From contig CAIKKG010000027.1 of the NCBI GenBank assembly GCA_903827975.1, forward strand, positions 5,403-69,402: a stretch of DNA of 64,000 bases. The letters are read 5' to 3'. This document shows, piece by piece, positions 27,732-35,706 of the stretch (the first letter of the stretch is position 1; each line of letters begins with the position of its first letter). The notes beneath the pieces are model-generated. The model ran no database searches and was not told the origin of the DNA. It was given only the letters and a program-made list of their open reading frames with translations. Both the position numbers and the translations under genes were made by a program. The stretch is from an uncultured bacterium (GTDB lineage Bacteria; Patescibacteriota; Minisyncoccia; UBA6257; GWB1-50-10).

Positions 27732-29003
27732 ATGCATAACAAAAAGAAAATACAAATAATAGTAGCTTTAATTTTTGTAGCGCTTATGCTCGGCGTAAGT
27801 GCTGCACGCGCAGGATTTTTTAATAATGCGTCGTATTTAATTAAGGGCCTTTTAACAAAAGATATTAATATAGGTAGGGAGCTTGGCATCTCTTCTGGTG
27901 ACAAGACAATCTCTGCGCCTTTATATAAGCCCGCACTTGATTATGAGGAGGCGGTCGTGAGTGCTGTAGAAGGTGCATCACCATCTGTGGTTTCAATTGT
28001 AATTACAAAGGACGTGCCACTTTTAGAAAACTGCACATATGATCCGTTTGCTGATATGCCATCAGACATTAGAAGTATGTTTGGTAGTGGTACACAGTTT
28101 TCTCGTCCATGTGAGAGCACCACTCAAAAAGAAACTAAAGAGATTGGAGGTGGTTCAGGATTTATTGTTTCTACGGACGGATTAATTTTGACCAATAAAC
28201 ATGTTGTGTCTGACACAAAGGCGGACTATACCGTCTTCACAAGTAATGGGAAAAAATATTCTGCAAAAGTTTTAGCACGCGACACAACGAATGATATTGC
28301 GCTTATTAAAATTGAGGCCACCGGACTTAAAGCGGCTACGCTTGGAAATTCTGATTCAATAAAATTGGGGCAGACCGCAATTGTAATTGGTAATGCACTT
28401 GGAGAATTTCGCAATACAGTTTCTACTGGTGTAATCTCAGGACTTTCGAGAAATGTTACCGCTGGCGGTGCATCATTTGGAAGCGAGACCATCTCTGGAG
28501 TTATTCAGACGGATGCTGCAATTAACCCTGGAAATTCTGGTGGCCCACTTCTGAACCTCCGCGGTGAGGTGATAGGTATGAATACTGCGATGGCGGATGG
28601 TGCTCAGAACATAGGTTTTGCAATTCCAATTAACCAGGCAAAACGCGCTATTGAATCTGTAAAGAAAACTGGAAGTATAAAAAATCCATATATAGGTGTT
28701 CGATATATGTTGCTTAATGAGGAGACAGCGAAAAAGCAAAAACTCTCACTAAACGAGGGTGCATTAGTTCGTGGTACATCAGACGGTCCTGCGATAGTTA
28801 AGGGCTCTCCAGCTGATAAGGCGGGCATACAGGCTGAGGACATTATTATGGCTGTAAACGATGACGCAATAACAGCAGAAAAAACAGTCACTCAGATTTT
28901 GCAAAAATACGGCGTAGGAGATCTAATCACATTAAAAATTAAACGAGGGGAGAATATTATTTATCTCTCTCTTAAGTTAGAAGAGAGACCAGAGTCGTTG
29001 TAG
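27732..29003 (+). CDS. htrA: HtrA/DegP-family serine protease with one PDZ domain
   Basis: GSGFIV, LTNKHVV, IQTDAAINPGNSGGPL, GSPADKAGI. Confidence 0.93.
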   Translation: MHNKKKIQIIVALIFVALMLGVSAARAGFFNNASYLIKGLLTKDINIGRELGISSGDKTISAPLYKPALDYEEAVVSAVEGASPSVVSIVITKDVPLLENCTYDPFADMPSDIRSMFGSGTQFSRPCESTTQKETKEIGGGSGFIVSTDGLILTNKHVVSDTKADYTVFTSNGKKYSAKVLARDTTNDIALIKIEATGLKAATLGNSDSIKLGQTAIVIGNALGEFRNTVSTGVISGLSRNVTAGGASFGSETISGVIQTDAAINPGNSGGPLLNLRGEVIGMNTAMADGAQNIGFAIPINQAKRAIESVKKTGSIKNPYIGVRYMLLNEETAKKQKLSLNEGALVRGTSDGPAIVKGSPADKAGIQAEDIIMAVNDDAITAEKTVTQILQKYGVGDLITLKIKRGENIIYLSLKLEERPESL

Positions 29004-29015
29004 AGGTTAAAAAAT

Positions 29016-29122
29016 AAAAAGCCCCACACATTGTGTGGGGCTTCGTTGCCGGCGCGCGTTCAGTTTCCGGTAAGACAGACCAGTCTGGTGCGCGGGCGAC
29101 TTAAAACAAATCAAAAAGACCT
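29016..29122 (-). ncRNA. Candidate ~105-nt small RNA
   Basis: TTGACA-N16-TAGACT promoter (29156-29129), GC-rich irregular hairpin, terminator 29016-29043, no ORF. Confidence 0.45.
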
Positions 29123-29157
29123 GAGACGAGTCTAACACACTTATATTTTGTGTCAAT

Positions 29158-29529
29158 AAAAAAGCCCCGCATTATAGCGGGGCTTGGGCTTAGCTCGTGA
29201 TCGGCACAGGTCTATGACGCCTGGGGTGGAGGGGATGGCAACGTATGTCGCCGGCGGTTTCCCGTCCTATGGCGTGTAACCAGTGCGGACCAACGAGCGG
29301 CCCATCAGGCAGTGGGGCTGCGAGCTCGAAAGCTCATAGTAACCCTACCTTTCTGTTGCGTCTCGGACTCGGCCTGACGCTCAGTGCGCGCTCGTACGCT
29401 CTCGGCGTTGAGGGGCGCTGTTTCATGGGTCCACGGGCGAAGGTCGCCTCGGGCGTTTGCCGGGGTCAGATGACCGCGACAGTTCCTGGTCGATTTCGCC
29501 ATTCGGCGGTAACCGCTATTGGGTGAACT
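29158..29529 (-). ncRNA. Candidate ~370-nt GC-rich structured RNA
   Basis: TTGACA-N16-TAATAT promoter (29563-29536), 38/60 GC in a sampled line, UUCG and GAAA tetraloop hairpins, terminator 29158-29185. Confidence 0.5.
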
Positions 29530-29613
29530 AAAAATATATTAGCACATATATAAAAAATGTCAATGCTAGTATCTCTGTTGGCTTTTTAGTGTTTGGTAAT
29601 GCAAAATAAGTGT

Positions 29614-30729
29614 ATGTTATATCTTCGCATTATTTTATTTCTCATTCCCGCACTTCTAATATTTTTTGGAGGACACTATGCGCTATATTTTTCAGTGGTT
29701 CGGTTTTTCAGTATTACTAATTCCACTTACAAATTTATTTTTGCGGGCGTTCTGGCATTTTTAGCAGTAAGTTTTTTCACTTCATCTATTCTTGCGCGAT
29801 TTAGCGAGAACACGTTTACTAGAATTCTTTATTTTCTCTCGGCGTCCTGGCTCGGACTTCTTGTAAATCTACTTCTTGCATGTGGGTTTGTAGCGATAGT
29901 GCTCTTGATTGCGCGTATTGTTGGTTTTTCAATTAATGGTGTATTACTCGCTTCTGTTTTTTTCATCATCGCTTTTTTCTTTTCACTTTATGGAGTTTGG
30001 AATGCTATGAATCCTCAGGTAAAGGAGGTCTCTGTAGCAATTCCAAATCTGCCCGAAGAATGGAAGGGGAAGAAGGTTGTTCAATTATCGGACGTGCATC
30101 TTGGAATTGTGCATCGTGAGGATTTTATGCGCGACATAGTTACCAAGATTGAAGCGGTAAATCCAAACATGGTTGTTATCACTGGCGATCTTTTTGATGG
30201 AATGGATGGAGATGTCACACCCCTTGTCCGTCCACTTTTAGATCTTAAGCCAAGTAATGGGATGTACTTCATTACTGGAAATCACGAAACATATCTTGGC
30301 GTTGATGACGCCCTATTAGCACTTAGTAAGACGAACGTAAAAGTTCTTAAGAATGAGGTCGTTGATGTTAACGGATTGAAGCTTATAGGAATTAACTATC
30401 CTACCCTTGATGAGAATGAAAACGTTTCGACAATATTAGACTCATTAAAAGAAAAATATTTTGGAATGCCAAATATTCTTCTATATCACGCACCAACATC
30501 GATTGCTGAGATAAAAGCGCGAGGTGTTAATCTTCAGTTGTCGGGCCACACGCACAAAGGCCAGCTCTTCCCATTTGGATATATCACAAAGCTTATCTAT
30601 AAGGGATATGATTACGGATTATTCACTGAAGGGAATTATTCTCTATATACTACAAACGGAGTTGGTACGTGGGGTCCTCCAATGAGAACTGGTAATACTC
30701 CCGAGATTGTTGTTATAACTCTTAAGTAG
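29614..30729 (+). CDS. Membrane-bound metallophosphoesterase (YkuE-like)
   Basis: Four TMs, then LSDVH, TGDLFD, TGNHE, SGHTHKGQ. Confidence 0.9.
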   Translation: MLYLRIILFLIPALLIFFGGHYALYFSVVRFFSITNSTYKFIFAGVLAFLAVSFFTSSILARFSENTFTRILYFLSASWLGLLVNLLLACGFVAIVLLIARIVGFSINGVLLASVFFIIAFFFSLYGVWNAMNPQVKEVSVAIPNLPEEWKGKKVVQLSDVHLGIVHREDFMRDIVTKIEAVNPNMVVITGDLFDGMDGDVTPLVRPLLDLKPSNGMYFITGNHETYLGVDDALLALSKTNVKVLKNEVVDVNGLKLIGINYPTLDENENVSTILDSLKEKYFGMPNILLYHAPTSIAEIKARGVNLQLSGHTHKGQLFPFGYITKLIYKGYDYGLFTEGNYSLYTTNGVGTWGPPMRTGNTPEIVVITLK

Positions 30730-30746
30730 GTGAGATGTGAGCTAAA

Positions 30747-30773
30747 TTAGCACTCAGCTTGTTAGATTGCTAA
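30747..30773. promoter_or_regulatory. CIRCE operator (HrcA site) upstream of clpB
   Basis: TTAGCACTC-N9-GATTGCTAA, one mismatch to TTAGCACTC-N9-GAGTGCTAA. Confidence 0.9.
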
Positions 30774-30846
30774 TAGGGCTAGACCTGCTATAATTAGCTT
30801 GTTAGATTTAGCGGTTTTTACACATTTAAATTTAAATTAATTACTT

Positions 30847-33579
30847 ATGCCAAACTTTAATCGATTTACAATAAAGGCTCAGGAAGCATTACAGAATGCG
30901 CAGGATTATGTTATGAAGCACAACCACAGTGAGTTGAAGCCGCTTCATTTATTGCTCGCACTTTTGAATGATGAGCAGACATTGGTCCGCCCAATGCTTG
31001 TCCGTCTTAATGTTGATATCCCTAAACTTGAAGAGCGCGCAGAGGCAGCGCTTATTAGAATGCCTAGGGTATTTTCTGGTACTCAGAATCAGCAACTTTA
31101 TCTCTCTCAGGAACTTTTGAAAATATTGGATCGTGCGAGTGAGATAATAAAAACTCAGGGTGATGAGTTTATTTCATGTGAGCATCTTTTGCTTGCACTT
31201 GCCGACGTTCAATCAATCGCACAAGACTTACTCATGCAGGGTGGCGCAAAAAAAGATAATCTTCAAAAAATCTTGGGCGAGCTTCGTGGTTCAAACAGGG
31301 TTACTGATGAGACGCCAGAATCAAAATTCCAGGTGCTCGAGAAGTATGCAATCAACATGACTGACAAGGCTCGTGAGGGTAAGCTAGACCCTGTTATAGG
31401 AAGAGAGGAGGAGTTGAGAAGACTCATGCAGATTCTTTCTAGGAGAACTAAAAATAATCCGATATTAATTGGAGAACCCGGAGTCGGAAAGACGGCTATT
31501 GTTGAGGGTCTCGCACAGCGCATTATCTCAGGAGACGTTCCAGAGCCATTAAAAGGTAGAGAGGTTATCATGCTTGATTTGGGCTCCTTAATTGCTGGAA
31601 CTAAATTCCGTGGAGAGTTTGAGGATAGACTAAAAGCTTTTTTGAAAGAGATTCAAAAATCAGAAGGAAGACTTCTTCTTTTCATTGATGAGATTCATAT
31701 GATTGTTGGGGCTGGAGCCGCAGAGGGTGCAATTGATGCTTCAAACTTATTGAAGCCAGCACTTGCGCGTGGTGAGCTTCACGCAATTGGAGCAACAACA
31801 ATTAAAGAGTTTCAAAAACATATTGAGAAGGATGCCGCACTTGAGCGAAGGTTCCAACCAATTTTAGTTGATGAGCCTACAATAGAAGACTCAATTTCTA
31901 TTCTTCGCGGACTTAAAGAAAAATACGAGATGCATCATGGATTAAAAATTTCTGACGCAGCAATTATTGCGGCAGTTAATCTTTCTTCAAGATACATAAC
32001 AGACAGATTCTTACCTGATAAAGCTGTTGACCTTATTGATGAGGCATCAGCTGCACGTCGTTTGGAATCAGAAAGTATTCCACAAGAGTTAGATAAGATT
32101 CGCAGAGAGATTACAAAGCTTGAGATAGAGCGTTCCGCATTAATGCAGGAGAACGTTGGCTCACGCACACCTAAAAAGATATCTCCAAGGTTAAAAGAAG
32201 TTGATGAAAAACTTCTTGCTTTGAAAACTGAAAATACAGAACTATCAGGCAAGTGGCATAACGAAAAAGTAACATTCGAAAAGTTTCATAATTTGCGTAA
32301 GAAGATAGATGATCTTAGGCATGAGGCTGAGGTTGCAGAGCGTGAGGGAAATTTTGAACGCGTTGCAAAAATTCTTTACGGAGAACTTCCTATCGCTGAG
32401 AAGGAGTATCAGGCATTCGAGAAAAAATATTTGAAACTAAATGGTGGACTCGAAACTGACGCATCCAGTGCAACTAAAAAAGGTACTGGCGGAAAGAAAA
32501 CAACAAAGACTAAAAAAGCAGAAGAAAAAGCTGATTACAGATTTATAAAAGAAAAAATAGATGAGGAGGATATTGCAGGCGTTGTCTCAAGATGGACGGG
32601 AATTCCTGTTTCAAAAATGTTGGAGTCCGAGATGCAGAAGTTGTCTCGCCTCGAGGAGGAGCTTGGAACACGTGTAATAGGGCAGGAGGAGGCAATCAGT
32701 GGTGTTGCTCGCGCACTGCGTCGTTCGCGTGCCGGTCTTGCTGAGGAGGATAAGCCAGCCGGTTCATTTATGTTCCTTGGTCCAACTGGAGTAGGAAAGA
32801 CAGAGCTTGCAAAAGCGCTTGCTGACTTTATGTTCAACGATGATAAGGCACTCGTCAGAATCGACATGTCTGAATATATGGAGCGTCACGCTGTTGCTCG
32901 TTTAATTGGCTCACCTCCAGGATATGTTGGGCACGACGAGGGCGGACAGCTTACGCAGATTGTGCGCCACCGGCCGTATAGTTTGATTTTGTTTGATGAA
33001 ATTGAAAAAGCGCATCCGGAGGTATTTAATATTTTGCTACAAGTCCTTGATAACGGAAGACTTACAGACGGCAAGGGTAAGACTGTTAACTTTAAGAACA
33101 CAATAATAATTCTCACTTCAAATGTCGGTAGTTCATACTTTAAGGAGATGTCACGAATTGGATTTGGTGTTGGCGAGAAAGGAAAGGAAAATGACGATAA
33201 GGAGAAGCAGTTTAAAGATGGTGTGAATGAAGCGCTTCGCGAAACATTCCGTCCTGAATTTTTGAACAGGTTAGATGAGACTGTTATTTTCAACACGCTA
33301 AGACCCGCAGCGATTGAGAAGATTGTTGATATTCAGATTGCAAAGCTCGAGGCCCGCCTCAAGGATCGCAATATCGCAATTGTTGTTAAACCACAGATTA
33401 AAAAATATATTGCCGAAAAAGGGTTTGATCCTGATTATGGAGCGCGCCCAATTAAACGACTTATACAAAAGGTCATTGTAGATGCACTAGCCGACAAAAT
33501 AATTCGCGGCGAGGTTAAAGATGGACAAAAACTTACTATCTCACTTTCTAAAGAAAATAGAGTTGAAATTAGTCGCTAA
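30847..33579 (+). CDS. clpB: AAA+ chaperone ClpB
   Basis: Two NBDs (GEPGVGKT, GPTGVGKT), long M domain, RIDMSEYME. Confidence 0.93.
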   Translation: MPNFNRFTIKAQEALQNAQDYVMKHNHSELKPLHLLLALLNDEQTLVRPMLVRLNVDIPKLEERAEAALIRMPRVFSGTQNQQLYLSQELLKILDRASEIIKTQGDEFISCEHLLLALADVQSIAQDLLMQGGAKKDNLQKILGELRGSNRVTDETPESKFQVLEKYAINMTDKAREGKLDPVIGREEELRRLMQILSRRTKNNPILIGEPGVGKTAIVEGLAQRIISGDVPEPLKGREVIMLDLGSLIAGTKFRGEFEDRLKAFLKEIQKSEGRLLLFIDEIHMIVGAGAAEGAIDASNLLKPALARGELHAIGATTIKEFQKHIEKDAALERRFQPILVDEPTIEDSISILRGLKEKYEMHHGLKISDAAIIAAVNLSSRYITDRFLPDKAVDLIDEASAARRLESESIPQELDKIRREITKLEIERSALMQENVGSRTPKKISPRLKEVDEKLLALKTENTELSGKWHNEKVTFEKFHNLRKKIDDLRHEAEVAEREGNFERVAKILYGELPIAEKEYQAFEKKYLKLNGGLETDASSATKKGTGGKKTTKTKKAEEKADYRFIKEKIDEEDIAGVVSRWTGIPVSKMLESEMQKLSRLEEELGTRVIGQEEAISGVARALRRSRAGLAEEDKPAGSFMFLGPTGVGKTELAKALADFMFNDDKALVRIDMSEYMERHAVARLIGSPPGYVGHDEGGQLTQIVRHRPYSLILFDEIEKAHPEVFNILLQVLDNGRLTDGKGKTVNFKNTIIILTSNVGSSYFKEMSRIGFGVGEKGKENDDKEKQFKDGVNEALRETFRPEFLNRLDETVIFNTLRPAAIEKIVDIQIAKLEARLKDRNIAIVVKPQIKKYIAEKGFDPDYGARPIKRLIQKVIVDALADKIIRGEVKDGQKLTISLSKENRVEISR

Positions 33580-34267
33580 AATTGCATTTGTCGCTCTCAT
33601 GCTCTTATGGGCATGGGGGTCTGACTTTGCAGTTATTCCACTTATTTTATTTGTAATTGCACCATCAATTGCTTATTTTTCTGAAGCACAGGAGAGAAGG
33701 CATTTTAGAGCTTCATACTGGATACTCTGCCTACTCGCATTACTTGGCGTAATGATGACGGGTGGAAGTGATGGAATATCAATCTCATCTCTGCTCATTA
33801 TTTTGGTTTTTGCACTTGGTATTGCAGTCGAGGTTGGTTTTTTCAGATTCTTTTTTTCGGACAGGATGCTAGTCTATAGTATTTTTCACATAGTTCTTAT
33901 TATTTCGCTATTTTTAGTATTTTTTGTGGCAGAGCTCTCACTACTCTCTGTTGTTTTCTTACTAACAGCGCTTACATTTTTATTTTTAGAATTTTTCTCA
34001 CTCGCAGATGTGCGGTGGAAGGGCAGAGTTCTTCTTATGAGTGTGGCTCTAGGATTTTTTGGAACAGAACTCGCTATTCTCGTTCGGCTTATGCCACTTG
34101 GATTTATAAACGCATCAGCATTTCTTGGGCTCACAACTCTTTTGGTCCGCGACGCAGCACGCGCGCATTTTGACGGAACGCTCGACCTACCACTTATTTT
34201 GAGAGGCCTCGCAATATTCTTAGTTTTGTCTGTTCTAATATTTAGTGTTTCTGTCTGGGGTATATAG
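33521..34267 (+). CDS. Multi-pass membrane hypothetical protein (start uncertain, overlaps clpB)
   Basis: About 8 hydrophobic segments. Confidence 0.7.
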   Translation: MDKNLLSHFLKKIELKLVAKIAFVALMLLWAWGSDFAVIPLILFVIAPSIAYFSEAQERRHFRASYWILCLLALLGVMMTGGSDGISISSLLIILVFALGIAVEVGFFRFFFSDRMLVYSIFHIVLIISLFLVFFVAELSLLSVVFLLTALTFLFLEFFSLADVRWKGRVLLMSVALGFFGTELAILVRLMPLGFINASAFLGLTTLLVRDAARAHFDGTLDLPLILRGLAIFLVLSVLIFSVSVWGI

Positions 34268-34377
34268 GTTTTTAAATCAGAGTTCAGCATCATTTGATGG
34301 TGTATTTAATATTTTTTGTTTGCCAAAAGCACCCTATCGTGGTTTGATTCGGTCAGATACTTAAAAGGAGAAATAAA

Positions 34378-35178
34378 ATGGCACTTCCATTAGATTTAGT
34401 GCTTGTGCGTCATGGTCAGTCAGAGGGAAATGCGGCAAATCGCCTTTCTGAAAAGGGTGATCATAGTGCATATACATCTGGGTTTAGAGATAGACACTCA
34501 TCTAGTTTTCGACTTACAGATAAGGGAAGATTGCAGGCAACGCGAGCCGGTTTATGGATTCGCGAAGAGTTTCCTGATTTTGACCGTTATTTTGTCTCGG
34601 AATATTTGCGAGCCATGGAGACAGCCGCCATTTTGGCGCTGCCTCACGCAAAATGGCTTTCTGATTTTTATCTGACCGAACGTGACTGGGGTGCGCTTGA
34701 TGCACGTCCAGAAAGTGAACGGTTGGAGCAGTTTGGGAATGAACTGAGACTTAGAGATGTTGAGCCATTTTTCTGGCGACCCCCAAATGGGGAATCATTT
34801 GCCGAGCTCTGCCTTCGGGTCGACAGAGTTCTAAACACGCTTCATAGGGAGTGTGGCGATAAGCGGGTGATTATTGTCTGCCACGGCGAGGTAATGCGGG
34901 CATTTCAGGTGCGGATTGAGCGCATGTCTCAAATCAGGTTTCGAGAGCTTATTTCCTCAGATTTGAGCGAGAATCGCATCTATAATTGTGAGATTATCCA
35001 TTATTCCCGCCGTGCAAACGGGGTGGGGAAGCTATTTCCCTTTATGGAGTGTGTGCGCAAAATAAGGCCGACTGAGGAGCCCGCCTGGACGACCGGATGG
35101 CGCCCAATTGAGCGTATTCGCTACTCAAATGAGGATCTGCTTGCCATAGTCTCGCAGACACCCGCTATTCTTAAATAA
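34378..35178 (+). CDS. Histidine phosphatase (phosphoglycerate mutase-like)
   Basis: LVRHGQSEGN, RAMETA, LTERDWG, PPNGES, VCHG; SD AAAGGAG. Confidence 0.9.
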   Translation: MALPLDLVLVRHGQSEGNAANRLSEKGDHSAYTSGFRDRHSSSFRLTDKGRLQATRAGLWIREEFPDFDRYFVSEYLRAMETAAILALPHAKWLSDFYLTERDWGALDARPESERLEQFGNELRLRDVEPFFWRPPNGESFAELCLRVDRVLNTLHRECGDKRVIIVCHGEVMRAFQVRIERMSQIRFRELISSDLSENRIYNCEIIHYSRRANGVGKLFPFMECVRKIRPTEEPAWTTGWRPIERIRYSNEDLLAIVSQTPAILK

Positions 35179-35339
35179 GTATGTTTTTACTCCTAACCCC
35201 CATTAATTTTGGGGGTTTTTATTTGGTAACAAACCGCAAAATGTCTCGTTATATATATAGAGCGCAAGAATAGGTCAAAATTGATAAAATTAGACGATTT
35301 ATTGCGTTTTTAAATGTAGAATGTATACTGTTTACTGCT

Positions 35340-35706
35340 TGGTGTGAGGCTGAGCAACGGACAGGTTTTTAGATTCTAGGGGTTGAGGTACTTATAGTAC
35401 TTGGGCCGTCCCGATTTCTATTAGTAGTCCTCTTCTGTGTTTGGCTATATGCCAATCTGCCCCATGCTCTAATTAACTTTTCCATTATGTAGCCTCGCTC
35501 TAAGAGCGAGTTTTTTATTATCACTAATAAACCCACTGCGTCTTCGTTTTCTTCTGTTCATCATCCTCACAGATGTCGGAAGGTCGGAAACGGTGACAAA
35601 AGCAGTGTTCCCGAAAAAAAGAAAGGTCGAAACACATTAAAAGAACTAAAATTAAGTCGAAAACTTACATTGGCCTCTCGGTCAATGGAAAGTCGAAAAG
35701 ATAAAA
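35340..35706 (+). promoter_or_regulatory. Long structured 5' leader of the S-layer-like gene
   Basis: TATACT at ~35324; internal terminator-like hairpin CTCGCTC-TAA-GAGCGAG-TTTTTT at 35494-35517; CACTGC..GCAGTG stem; four GTCG(G/A)AA motifs. Confidence 0.5.

Noticed and set aside
29245-29526. 93-aa plus ORF and 65-aa minus ORF in the GC-rich tract
   Set aside because: No SD or family motifs; open frames are expected in GC-rich DNA; promoter and terminator point to a minus-strand transcript longer than either ORF. Not fully excluded.
29158-29529. RNase P RNA, tmRNA or SRP RNA identity
   Set aside because: No GAGGAAAGTCC P4 motif, no tRNA-Ala-like ends and no SRP helix-8 motif seen on either strand.
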